Source: Octopus vulgaris
Taxonomy: Eukaryota
Assembly (NCBI GenBank): GCA_951406725.2
Contig: OX597818.1
Span: 81,840,001-81,904,000 of the forward strand
Reading direction: 5' to 3'
DNA: 64,000 bases
Shown: piece after piece, positions 24,291 through 37,889 of the stretch
How the letters are laid out: every line of letters begins with the position of its first letter
Position numbering within the stretch: the first letter of the stretch is position 1
Position numbers and translations under genes: made by a program
The notes under the pieces: generated by a model
The model's database searches: none
Seen by the model: the letters and a program-made list of their open reading frames with translations, nothing else
What the model was told of the DNA's origin: nothing

Positions 24291-26793
24291 ATAGTGTTTT
24301 ATTTCCTTTGTTTTAAAGTGAAAAATGTATAGAAAGTGTACGAAATAGGACGTTCCAATAGCAGGGTAACTACTTAGGTTTAATGAGGATAATGAAACAC
24401 TCCTGTTGGTCTCGGTTTACGTTGACTAATAAAGGCAAGAGCCATGTCTCAGATGTTCTCCGTCGCCTAAAACATATGCTGAGAGTAGAATTATAAATAC
24501 GTTTATCAACCATTCAACAATTTCTGAGAAAAGCAACGATTTTTCATACTTGTTTAGTTTTCCAAGTACAATTTGAAAACCTTTGCTGGGGACTTCATCG
24601 AAGATGAGTATGTTTATTTTGTTAGTCAATTCAAGTTTGTCCATCCAACATACACTTTCTTTATAACATTCAAAGTGAAACTTCGTGTCATTTTAATGAA
24701 GTTCGCATGGTTAAATCTCCAGCCCAGTCGCTTTGCGTAATCTCTTAACACATCTGCTGTAATCACTTTTGTAACAAGTAGCAACGTTGGCCGAAACTCA
24801 CGTTACACTGTCTAGCTAAGAACTGCACTCTACCGTCTACATTTATTGCGCCATATAAGCATGTTTAATGAAATACTACCAAAAAAATCATACACGTCTG
24901 TTTGGATCGGATATTTATTATTCTTGTTCCACTGCAGTTACTCAAAATGTAATGTTTAGGTTTTGGTTCCATGCTAAGCCTCCTCTCCTCGCGCAATTTT
25001 ACACCTTTCATTCCCTGTTATTGCAGAGAACGGGAAAAGCAGCACGAACATCATTCGTCTTCATGTCGAAGAGCTGGAGAACGGTCATTCCCGCAGCAAA
25101 TGCATCGTGAGTTATGTTTTTTCAATCCTGTTGACTAGCTTCTACTCTGCTACACTATTATATATTTTGGCGAAACCAACAAATTCTGCTCCATTTGTTT
25201 TTGCTTTCTTTAGTAAAATCTCTATTTTCTCTAATAACTACATCATTTGTTTCAAACTTAACCAATTCAGTAGTCCGGGCCTTCTAAATTTTCTTTAAGA
25301 AAAACACACATTAATTTCAGGTACTTGGGATCTTCTTTATTAATCTTGATTAAGATAACCATCTAGATAACCAATTTGCGGTCGAAGGTAGTCGCTCCTA
25401 TCCGTAAATCACATTATAACCCCCTTATAACTCAGACTAACCACGCCATTGGCAATTAGCTTCTTTTTGTGCAATAATAATAACCATTACTGTTCACTTA
25501 TGAATATCAATGAGGATTAGTATCTTTATAGTCTTGATTGATTGATTTACATAATGTGGGTTGTTAAGTTAAATACATTCCCCATGTAATCACCACCATC
25601 AACTTCACCATCACAACCTTTGCCGTATACACATGTTACCAACGTAGGCGCCAACAAATGCATATTAGAACCTATACCACTATCACCGACACTAGTTCCA
25701 TTACTACAATCATACTGCTACCAACTTTTCCATTCTCAATGTCAGGAATCGGCAAAACGGTAAATATTGAATCCTGGGTCCATGAGGTTATGCAAAGAGG
25801 ATAAAAACCTGATCGTTAGGGGTGTTTGATCATTAAGGGTGTTGAGCTATGAGCGAACTGAATCTTAAAGTGCAGACATTTGACCAAAACACACTACTTT
25901 CCAGCCAAATATCAATGCCATAACTAGCACTCACCAGACACATATTTCACATTAACTATTCTAAATCAATATAATATCACCGAATTTTGTATTATACTTT
26001 ATTAAATTCGTTCTGTATTTTCATTAAATTTCTTTAAAGTATTCCTTACTAAATTGTTGTAATGATGCGAAGAACGAAGACATTTTTGTTTGTAAATCAA
26101 GAATATTGTTTATCAATTATACTTCTTAATTTCATTCTAGAAATATATATGATGTAGATCAATGATATTAGAAGTTTGCCGATCCTTGATCAACGTCCTC
26201 ATCATCAGCACCATACCAGCACCAGCACTACCGATGCTTTCACTGTTGCCAGTATCACCATTAACGTCATCATCACTATCAATGCATTCAGCAGTAATCA
26301 AAATCATAGTATGTACCAGCGATCATTATCTACACCAATACCCAACTACTGCGAATACCAATCACATAACACTACTGCAACAACATTCACACCAACATCA
26401 TTATCACAAATCCATTACAAACACCATAATCATCAACCAGCCATACCAATACAGACATCAACACACCAAGCAAAGACGTTAAAGCCATTAGCAAAAGCGG
26501 CACTTCCGGTAAATAAGTTAACTGTTTATGATCAAGTGTCACGTGTTAACGAGGTGAGAGAAATTTCACATAGCAGCTGAACGTGGTTATTGGAGGAAAA
26601 AAAATTGCTTTTAACATAAGCTTCCTCAATCTTACTCTCTCTCCAATTAGCAGACTTCAAATTCTTGTATTTAAGATACCATGTCACACACTTCAGCTTT
26701 TGTCCGTCCGCAATATATGTCCGTCCCCTTACGCTATTTCCATTCTTCCTTCTTACACGCTCGTGTGTGTGTGTGTGTGTGTGTTCGTATACA

Positions 26794-26825
<32 letters not shown>

Positions 26826-26882
26826 CATATGTGTGTATATATGTATGTGTCTGTATATATACACACACACACACATATATAT

Positions 26883-26914
<32 letters not shown>

Positions 26915-27630
26915 GATATATATGTTTGCTAGGTTTTCTGACATTCAATGTACGATTGTAGCTTGTTATTTGCTTCTTGATGCCATGTATATATTTCAAT
27001 GGTGTCTCCTATGATGTATACATATTGGTAATAAATATGGGGCAGCTCTATATATACATGAGTGTATATCGTATAAAAACGCATAGCTGTACATGTGCAT
27101 GTATGTAAGTACATGTTTAAAAGTACATGTATGTATGTATGTATGTATGTATGTATGTATGTATGTATGTATGTATATGCGTATGCTTCTACTTCGTGGT
27201 TAGTCAGATGAAATAAATTCACAGGTAATCATATAAACTGGTTCAGAAATATAAGCACATACGAATCAATGTATATGCATGTATATGCATTTATATAAGT
27301 ACACGTATGCATAGATACATACATACACACAGACATTCACATATATAAACATATTTTACACAGGCGCACACATACACACACATACGTATACCTATTTATA
27401 CAATGTAACAAGTAAATGAGAATGCAAGAATTTTGTATATTTAATGTGATTGACGGTGTTTACCTGAGCTATAAACAGCTTAATTGATTGGCTGGGTCTA
27501 GTAGAGGTAGTATGATTAGAGGACACTGTTTGCTTATTAGTTAGTAAAGGCCATACTATTATCATCATCATCATCATCGTTAATATTATTATTATTATTG
27601 TTATTATTATTATTATTGTTATTATTATTA

Positions 27631-28151
<521 letters not shown>

Positions 28152-28690
28152 CGGTTCCAGGCTGTGCAGTTTTCTGCAAGCGCTCCAGCCTTATTGGAGC
28201 TCATATTTGTTCCATCTACTTCTCAAGATTTTAATCACTGTTCTCAGGGCATCGGCAATTATTGGTACTACTACCAAATTTTTCCTCGACCACAACTGCT
28301 TAACCTCCCAAGGTAACCTGCCATATCTATCGACTTTTCTTTCTTTCTTATCGGATACATTGTTGTCAGGTGGGCATGCTAAATCTATGATCCAGCATAG
28401 TTTGCTTTCTTTCTCAATTAAGAATATGTCTGGCTTCCTACACCCTATCGTTAGCCCGTCCATACATTTGATTTTTCCTTTCTTCATGACGAAGACACCA
28501 TTCTTTCTCAGTCCGAACACCAATCTGATATCAACAATGAAAGTATACATCGTATCAACGAGGGAACTGACATGGGATTCAACTTTACCATAAATTTTGA
28601 GGTCATCCATGAATAACAAATTGTTGACTTTTTGTTGGCGGTCTTTGAGTACTTACCCAGCTTTTGCTTTCATCAGAATCAGTGTTAGTG

Positions 28691-28691
<1 letters not shown>
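28152..28691 (-). pseudogene. R4/Dong-clade LINE fragment: RT catalytic motif fused to the RLE endonuclease by internal deletion
   Basis: PLTLIL..VNNLLFMDDLKIYG..FGLRKN joined directly to RKPDIFLI..CWIIDLACP.DNNV.DKKERKVDRY..L..EVKQLW..VVPIIADAL. Flanked by (TTA)n and (GTA)n. Confidence 0.88.
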
Positions 28692-28739
<48 letters not shown>

Positions 28740-28740
<1 letters not shown>

Positions 28741-29298
28741 GGCTGAGAGATCACTGCATGCCATCAAAGTGAAACTGGGATAAAATATACGAAGCCCAGT
28801 ATACTCATCATGACTACCTGTCTGATAAGGGTACACCAGGCACATGCATCACAATCAAATGTGCGCGACATTGTGATCTCATATCAAGATAAACAGCGCA
28901 TGACCTTGCAGGTGGGGCCCAGTTAGAATTTTCTTCTGGGCGAGTAGCCCACCCACTCAGAAGGTCCCTGAATATAGATTGTTTAAAGATGTTGAACGAA
29001 CTACCCATGTTTCCAAAGGTGAATTATGCAAACCTCCAAGAATTCCTTTCAACACACGGCTATGATGCTTCCCACTACTTCTGCTCGTGGTCAGAGATGC
29101 ACATATCGCCAACCACTAAAGGACATGGTCAACTGGTTAAGGTCAAACAACTGACAAGCAAATTTGTGGTATTGAGTAGAATATTCGCTGTAGCCCATCT
29201 TTTAAACCAAGACAAAACATTGTACATGATAACACTTCCAATCAATCAAGATCAGAAGCCATGAGAGCCTCTGTCTGGTACAACATCTGGGCCTTTAT
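28740..29298 (-). mobile_element. Repeat family D, longest copy
   Basis: Same sequence as 27631-28048 plus a ~140-bp extension. Flanked by (TTA)n. Confidence 0.85.
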
Positions 29299-29299
29299 T

Positions 29300-29346
29300 A
29301 TTTATTATTGTTATTGTTGCTTTTGTTGTTGTTATTATTATTATTA

Positions 29347-29411
<65 letters not shown>

Positions 29412-29444
29412 TTTCTTCTTCTTCTTCTTCTTCTTCTTCTTCTT

Positions 29445-29540
<96 letters not shown>

Positions 29541-30600
29541 TTCATTTTCGGTGGTCCTTGGTAGATGATAGATTTTAATGCCTGCTGCTGTCAGTGACTC
29601 TAATAATGATTATGACTGCGAATATGTTTGTTGTCTTCATCGTAATGATGGTTGTTGTAGTGATAGTGATGGTGGTGTGCAAGTTATTGCAGTTGTTGAT
29701 AATGTTTTTATTATTGATGGTGTTGGTGATTGTATTGGTGGTGGTGTAGACGTAGTCAAGGTGTCTTTCTTTTAGACGTTGTTCTCGATGCAGTGACTGC
29801 GGTTTTTGTGGTGGAGAGGACATGTTATGAAGATGATGATGATTATAGAAGTGGTGATGGTGTTGATGACGATGATGACGATGATGATGTTACTGCTGAT
29901 GATGATTTTGGAAGTGGATGGGTGTTATTGATGGTGTGGCTATGACAACGACGACGTTGTTGTTGTTGATGATGATGATGATGACAACGACGACGATGAT
30001 GATGATTATCTTCATCAGCCTCATAGTCATCATCATCATCATTATCATGATGCTTTTGGGTGTGGTAATGGTTTTGGGGAGAGGTAGTTTCGATATTGGA
30101 CTAGTGGAACGATGATCATGATAGCTGATAGGGATACTGGTTATGTAGTTGATTCTATAGATGTTGGTCAGTTGGTTCCATTGATTTAACGCTCTGATCG
30201 ACTCTAATTGAGGCGGTGGTGTTTTTATTGGCGAGAAAAGTAGTTGGATCATTGCTTTGTAGTTAGATATATGGGTGATCGCAAACATATACTAATGATA
30301 AGTCGTTTGTTGTCCTACTTGAAGTGACTGGGTACAGCAGTTGTGGTGGTCATAATTTTGTGTTGGTCACTATTGCCCTAGAAAGAAATTGGAAGTTGTT
30401 TCGCTGTTAATAGTGACTGCATCATTAAAAGTAATGATAGTGATAACTTTGGTGAGGCTTATAGTTATAATGCCTAATATGGTGACAGTAGTGCATCTGA
30501 ATGTGCAGAATAAGGTACTATTTTGCCTTGCATCGGTGAGTACATTGGAGGTAGTTGAGGGGTCTATGCTTTTGTGAGTTTCGATGTTGGTGACACTTTT
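29300..30600. repeat. (TTA)n(TTC)n(TTA)n followed by degenerate GAT/GGT/GTT trinucleotide low-complexity sequence
   Basis: Directly visible. Confidence 0.85.
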
Positions 30601-31777
30601 ATATGAAATCTCCAATGGAGCTACGACAAAGACATTGAATGTCAGTTACGTTTAATGCTTATTCGCTTTTAGCAACGATGTTTTCGGACGTACAGAGCTT
30701 TTTTGTAATTCTCAAGTTGGTGTGACTCTTTAGATTTTTGCATTCTGAACACAGTGCAGGTTAAGACGGCTGCACTGACTAGTAATGTATAGGTTTTATA
30801 TTGGCATGGCCTTTTTGGAGAATTACCTGCCAAGACTGGAGTTGCTGGAATTGTGTCAAAGAGGGCACCGGAAAACCTGGGGGACTCCACTCATTAACCT
30901 GCTATCGAGGTTGACTCGTGTAGCCTTTTATTTCTCCAAGGATCTCAGAAGGCAGTGAGTGCTTGTGCTTGGGATTTCTTTCATAATATGCTAATTAACC
31001 AATAATTGAGATCCTGAGAGACGCTACTAGTCCGAGCCTGAGTAGATGTGGTAATAGCAATAGCTAAGTGGTGGTTCCAGACTCCTCAAAACTTTGGAAC
31101 TGTCGAACCAGGGCTCCGCTATCGGATGCAGTTTGGTGTTCATACCCAAAACACAAACTCTACAAAAAATAAATACACATATTGTACCAATACACATCTA
31201 ATATGAAATGCAAAATGCTTTACCCGAAATTATAAACTTATAGCAATAATATGTTATGAAAAGAAGGAAATGAAGTATCTCATTACTGTCAATACACCAC
31301 ATTTATGTAAAACTGCAAACAATCTACGAATGAGCAATTCAATTCACAAATTCGACGGCAAAATTTTAAGTTTACACTTCTAATAATTGATTTGGCCAGA
31401 TATGTACAACTTACTTTAGCAGAGTCGCTATGTATTTACAAGCAGGTTTAATTGCAATACGCTCTACTATACGTCATAAACTAAAACTAATAGAGAAATA
31501 TTATCTGATAATACATGAATTATAGAATTCTTCAAAGAGATAGTTGACTGATTATAGAAGAAATATTCATATCGCAACACTATTAACACATAAACTATAT
31601 ATATACGCCACAAGAAGTATAAGCACCTAACTGAATCTGACAGTCAAACTATGAATCTCATACTGTAGAAATTGAACGACCAAAATGTGAATCTGACTTT
31701 ATAACGGTCAGCTACTAGTTGTAAGATATGTGTAAACATAAACCTCTCATTCTACATATATACATACATACAATCAC

Positions 31778-32006
31778 GGCGGTGAGCTGGCAGACACGTT
31801 GGCGAGCCGGGCGAAATGCTTAGCGGTATTTCGTCTGTCGTTACGTTCTGAGTTCAAATACCGCCGAGGTCGACTTTGCATTTCATCCTTTCGTGGTCGA
31901 TAAATAAAGTACCAGTTTCGCACTGGGGTCGATGTAATCGACATAATCCCTTTGTCTGCCCTTGTTTGTCCCCTCTATGTTTAGCCCCTTGTGGGCAATA
32001 AAGAAA
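31778..32006 (+). mobile_element. SINE family B monomer with Tx1-like 3' tail
   Basis: ggcggtgagctggcag head, gagttcaaat B box, Meta-like domain, and a tail ending gccccttgtgggcaataaagaaa followed by (TA)n. Confidence 0.9.
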
Positions 32007-32158
32007 TATATATATATACATACACACACATATATATGTAAGCATTATAGATATAGGGTAAACAATTATTAATTTAATAATAAATTTTACCAAGTAGTTT
32101 CGGTATGGAAAGGAACCATATTCGATAAAAACTTATACAATAAGTTTTTTTTTTATAT

Positions 32159-32438
32159 ATATATAATTATAACAATGATTAAGGGCTTAGCAACAAGTTG
32201 CTTCACCACATACCGAAAATTTAGAAATAGTAGCCGAAAGACCGTTATTTCTTTTCACTATAAAATATGACTCTACAGACTCCTTCTTTTTACCTATGTG
32301 AGTTACAGATATTGTTATCTGTGGTTTCATATTTTGTAGTGAAAAGAAATAGCGGTCTTTTGGCTGCTAGTTCTAAATTTTCAGTATGTGGTGAAGTAAA
32401 TTTTTCCTAAGCCCTTGATTATTGTTATAATTATATAT
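32159..32438. mobile_element. Palindromic MITE-like element with ~110-bp inverted arms in TA-rich context
   Basis: 32159-32270 is the near reverse complement of 32327-32438 (e.g. aagggcttag/ctaagccctt, cttcaccacatac/gtatgtggtgaag, tatttcttttcacta/tagtgaaaagaaata). Confidence 0.85.
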
Positions 32439-32461
32439 ACATACATACATACATACATACA

Positions 32462-32497
<36 letters not shown>

Positions 32498-32583
32498 GTA
32501 ACAATTTAATAAATAAAACATATGCATACATACATACATATATGTACATACCTACATCTATATGTATATATACATGCATATAT

Positions 32584-33082
32584 GAGTACAGGACACCACA
32601 AATAAACGTAGAACACAACGAGAAACGAAAACATAAAACCAAACAAGGAAACGGACATTTTTTTAACAACGAAGAAACAGTGTACAAGACAAACAACACA
32701 AGGAACATTCCCTTTCTTCAGCTGGAGGGCTACCAACTTTTTTTCTGCCCGCTGCTTTCAACAAGTCAACATCGACTTTCTTCTGTCTTCCGCAAGCCGA
32801 ACTTCAACATGCGTTCTAACGAATTTTTCCACCGTCTAGGCTTTAAAAAAAGCCCTTATTGTTGGTTTCCTTGTCTTGTCTTTACTGTTTTTATCTTTAT
32901 TTGTACTGTTTTTTTCTTCATTTGTATTGCTTTTACGTCCTGTTCTTGTCACTTTTTTTTTTCTACCCCTCCGCAAAATTTTTTTATTTAATTCATTTTG
33001 CGGGAAGGACTGCTTCGGCCGGATCGTGATCTGCCCTTACCTTCGAAACACGCATTGAGTCGAAACAGGGGCAGCTGAAGAA
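32584..33082. mobile_element. Head-to-head pair of repeat ends (32584-32723 minus; ~32740-33082 plus), probably a PLE pseudo-LTR
   Basis: Both parts match the contiguous copy at ~62100-62510 (ccctccgcaaa..tttgcgggaaggactg..ttcgaaac..ctgaNga..gtcctgtac). Confidence 0.55.
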
Positions 33083-33466
33083 ATATTGCAGAAGTCAACT
33101 CCTCCTCTCCATATCCTAAAGATGGAGTTAGAGTACTTGGAAATAGCGATAAGAATGAATGGGGGAATTTTATCGGTTTAAACCAATTAAAAGTGTCTAG
33201 TAAAGAGAAAGAAAAACCAATCAGAAATCAAGAAAAATATTATATTGCAACGTAGTTGTGATTTCAATATGTATGGTTTAAAGGAATATACACACTCAGG
33301 CACGTGTGCACGCACCCACAGACACAGACACAGACACACACAGACACACACACACACACACAAACACATATACTCACATGAACGCGGGCACACACGTGCA
33401 TGTATGCCTATTTGTATCTCCCTTATGATTTCTGACAAACTTCGGAAAGACTCGGCTACTTTCATT

Positions 33467-33503
<37 letters not shown>

Positions 33504-35133
33504 ACACACACACACGCGCGCATACATGCACATGCACACACACACGCGCACACACACACATATACATTCCTTCCAACACACGCACGCGCAGACCAATACG
33601 CATACGCATGTATCCGTGTATGTACGTGCATGTGCATGTGTGTGCATGCGTATGTATGTGTGTGCATGTGTGTATGCGTATTCACGTTTATAACATACAT
33701 AGTCGTTTTAAGCATCGAGATTTTCACGCGCTATAAGTCACAAAATATCTTCTGTTGTGCCTATACGCTGAGTTCATAATTTCGTGAGTGTATATCAATG
33801 TACGTATGTGTGTGTTTCTGCTTGTATGTGTGTGTAACTTTGAACATATGGTTGTACATACAACCACACACACGTGGGTATAATGGATTCACATACATAA
33901 TGCCATTTACGTACACAAAACCTCGCATATCGACACACGATTCGGGTCCCGCCCATTTTTCGAACTATCAACACACGAGCCACTCTCCCGCCTTAACGCA
34001 TTAGCATTCATCATTCGACACACTTTAAGGTTAATGTACTCCTACGTTGAGCATACAGACATGCGCACACTCACACGCATATCCACATGCCTGCATTTAC
34101 ACATACTAAGCACGTACACACATACACTTAATCAGACACACCAACACACACACGCGTACACACACGCGTACACACACGGTAACATACACACAAGCACAGA
34201 GGCACACAATGGCAGGTACTGACGATAACGAGCGTGTATATTCAGACTCTCTCACGCATATATAGACAGATATTGCAACTGAAGTCGAGTAGCCATTAGA
34301 CATCTTATGAATTAAGTATTTCTGTGTATTCAAACATGTTTGCCTCTCGCTGTGAAGAAAATATTTTCCGGTTTAAAATCAGAGGGTGACCATTTCGTTT
34401 CCCCTGACAATTTTTCGCAGCTCCCCAATTGATGAGTCACTTTCCCCTACCTCTTTTCTTCTCTTTCTCTTTCTCTGTCTCTCTTTCTCTTTCTCTCTCT
34501 CTCTCTCTCTCGTTCTCACACTTCACACAAATCATCTTAGGTACCGCAGACACATTATTGTGTTGCTTGAACAATAAATGAATGGATGTGCCAAATAAAA
34601 ACCCATACATCATAGAAATTAACAAATTCGGTAATATTTCGACCGACCTTTGTTATTGAGAATTATTTGAATTAAAATTCCGGGAGATTAAAAGATATCG
34701 TGCTCACCAATCGGTTAATGTTTACTGGAATTGTTAAACAGCACCATTCCAGTCTTACATCACCCACACGATCGAATCAACCAGGTTTATACGTTGAAAT
34801 TTATCTTGCTAGATGCAGCAGCCAAATGCACTCAATCTTTTAGAAGGAAACGCCACATGATTTAAGCATGGTGTACATACATTTATATAAGACATATGAC
34901 CGGTGCATTTTCCTCCTAGTTTTGCCTGTTCGAAACTGGCCAGGACTTAACCTTGTGGAACATGATGCCAACTCATCAAAACATCAAATTCACTTTAATA
35001 TCTCACCCTACGAGATCATCACTTTGCTTCAGCTCACCCACTTATATAACATTGTCGTGTACTTTCTATTTAATAGGAACAAGCTCTATGTCAACCAGTA
35101 ACTTCCTCGAAGGAGCATACTTGCAAACAAAAC

Positions 35134-35290
35134 AGGCATAGCTGAGTGGTAAGTAGATTTCTTCCCAACGACATGCTTTCGGTTTCAGTTCTATGGGGCG
35201 CCACCCTGCGGGAGGTGTCTTTTGCTCTAAATCTGAGGTGACCAAAGATGTGTGAGTGGATTTGTTAGGCAGAATAAGATACCGTGGTAT
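35134..35290 (+). mobile_element. SINE family A head fragment
   Basis: ggcatagctgagtggtaagtag..ttcccaac.acatg..gtgagtggatttg. Confidence 0.6.
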
Positions 35291-35789
35291 ATATATATAC
35301 ACGTAAATGTCAAACAATAAGTATGAGTGTTCAACACCGCATTGGTGGATAAAATTTCTTTATTTCTGTATTAAGACTACCAATAATTTCATGTTAAAAA
35401 TATCTTGATATTTTAACAGTTATTCAAACCGATCACATGGTGGAATGGTGTTTGTCTACATTTAGAAAGATAACACGAAAACTCACGGGAATTGGCGATA
35501 AAGTCTCGCAAACAAAACAAGAAATCGAGGGCCGCGACTCTTGGTTAACACAAAATGCTTATCTGTTTGTCGTCTGTCTTTCTGAGTTCACATTCCAATC
35601 CTTTTGGAGTCGTACCAGCTGAGCATTGGGGCCGATGCATTTTGGCCAGTCCCCGCCTTACTAATGTTAGGCCTTGACTTGTGATAGAAAAGAATATTTC
35701 TGTTGTTCTCTCCTCATCTCTCTGTGTCTCTCTGCTTAGGTGTGTATCCATGTTTCTCTTTATGTGTACGAAGAGACGGAAAGTGTTTA

Positions 35790-36641
35790 CGAGGGGTTAC
35801 ACAAAAGTATCAAGACAAGCCCGTTGTAGTTCAGACTTCCGCCACTAGAAAGCCACTTCATGCAACCCTCAGGCATCAGTCTGATGACCGGCGTCGGGGT
35901 GTGTAGTCGTACTGTCACGTGGTGCATCTATTTTGTAGTGCTTCTCCCCCGTACGTCGATTTGAGATGTCTGGCGTGCTTCCGTGAAATTCTGTTTTCTG
36001 CTGGGGAAATCGGCGTCCAACACAGTTGTTATGCTTTAAACAGCTTACAAGGACACTGTCATGAGCAAAGCACACGTTTATGAGTGTTCTTTACGCTTTA
36101 GGAGAGGTCAGTTGTTGTTTGAAGACCAACCTTGTTCAGGACAACAGTCGACCTCACGAACGAAGGAAAACAGCATGACAATTTCTGAATCTTGGAGGAC
36201 TGTCACTGAACAATCGACGAAATCGCTGAAAAGATTAGTGTGTCCTAGAGCTTCAGCCAAAGAATTTTGTGCGAGGAATTGCGAATGAAAAGAGCTGCAG
36301 CAAAATTGCTCGTGGAAGTTCAGAAGCAGTCACGACTAAATGCGTGTCGTGAACTGAAAGAACCATTGGACGCTGATCCGGACCTTTTTTCGAAAGTCAT
36401 TATGAAAAGCTGGTGCTACGGAATTTGCAGATGTGGAAGGGATGAAGAAATAAATGACAGAGGAGTTAAAAGACATCACCTAGCAAGAGTACCCGCACTG
36501 CTTCAAAAATTGGAAAACGCATCTGGACCGATGCATTGCTTCAAATGGTATTTACTTTGAAGGCGATGTAAGTGTAAACATGTAAAACTAACTGAATAAA
36601 ATAACGTTGCAAACTTCCGGATTCTTTTGGGTACTTTTACG
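35790..36641 (+). mobile_element. Internally deleted mariner element, copy 1
   Basis: TA plus cgaggggttacacaaaagt TIR; right end ccggattcttttgggtac. AYKDTVMSKAHVYE, EELRMKRAAAK, DPDLFSKVI..SWCYG joined to FADVE..LDRCIASNGIYFEGD. Confidence 0.85.
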
Positions 36642-36665
36642 TGTGTCAAACGTGTTTAATTAATA

Positions 36666-37544
36666 CGTGGTCTGATCAATAAGTATCTGGACTGTTGTCG
36701 TAGTAACAAGCATGAAGCACGCAGAGTAAGGCCACTCGGTACAGATTGACCGCAAATCATGTTGTGCATGCGCACTAAGTTTTAACGTTCTAGCTCACAA
36801 CCGCTGTTTACAACAGTGTGTAGAAGGAAGGTGTGTAGCGCGTGATCATCGCATTGACTATGAGAGAGGAAGTTGAGCAGAGAATCTTCATCAAAGTTTG
36901 CCAAAAGTTTGGCGATATCTGCTCAGAGGCCTACGCAAAGTTTTCAAAAACTTTTCTATTGTTCTCAACACGATCAAGGAGATCTTGTGCGACTGAAACC
37001 CGAGTGTCCTTTTGGTCAGCTGAAAACGGTTTTGACACAAAATTAGCAAACACGCTCATGTGATAATGGAGTGAACTGAGCTGTAACTAATCTGCACATC
37101 CTCTGATATCACACGGATGGTGATTCGACGATTTCTCCTCACAGCTGCACGCACATCTACGATGTTTTTGTCAGTTCTGCTGGTTGTAGATATCCCAAAA
37201 CCTTCGACAATATCGACATTTTTTCGGCCATCTTGGAAGCGCCTAAACCACTCGTACACGTGTGTGCGGCTCATGTACTCCTCTCCATACACTTTCCACA
37301 ACTTTGCGTAGGCCTCTGAGCGGATATCACCATGACTGTCATGGTCAATGCGACGATCAGACGCTACACAGCATCCTTCCAAACACTGCTGTAAACAGCA
37401 AAAGAGAGCTAGAACTTTAAAAGTTAGTGTGAATACAGAGCAGCATTCAAGATCAATCTATGCCAGGCATCTTCATTCTGCGTGTTTTAGCCTCGTTAGC
37501 TTCGTTACTTTGGCAAAAGTGCGGATACTTATTGATCAGACGTG
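36666..37544 (-). mobile_element. Foldback mariner derivative, copy 2
   Basis: TIRs cgtggtctgatcaataagtatc / ggatacttattgatcagacgtg. Minus ORF 37056-37382 contains EAYAKLWKVYGEEYMSRTHVYEWFRRFQDGR..NRRITIR. Plus strand repeats the start MREEVEQRIFIKVCQKFG. Confidence 0.9.
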
Positions 37545-37889
37545 TATATATGTCTTTCAATGAACCTTCACTCCTTGATTTACCTTTACATGAATTCTAT
37601 TTTAATCAATACACACCGATTCCTACCATACCACACTACAGCACACAACACCACCCTTAGGCATCCAGCAGTGTCTTGAACATTCGCCGTGTCTAGTTAC
37701 GTGCAACTGAATCCAGTTTGTCAAGTTTGCCAAAATCTATTACTTGATCGTCTAGATAAATTGATCTCGTATCAGCGGGGTACTGTGATTAAGGTCTTTC
37801 CTTTATTCTGAAACGAACAAGAAATGTTAACACACAAGCGCACACACGCACATAGGTAATTACGTAGAGACATATTATATAGTTGATCT

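Noticed and set aside
26162-26580. His/Thr/Ile-rich ORFs
   Set aside because: Degenerate CAT/CAC/ACC trinucleotide low-complexity sequence, open in several frames.
30941-30954. 14-nt microexon between tttctccaag and gtgagt
   Set aside because: Not frame-preserving and expected by chance; no supporting evidence.
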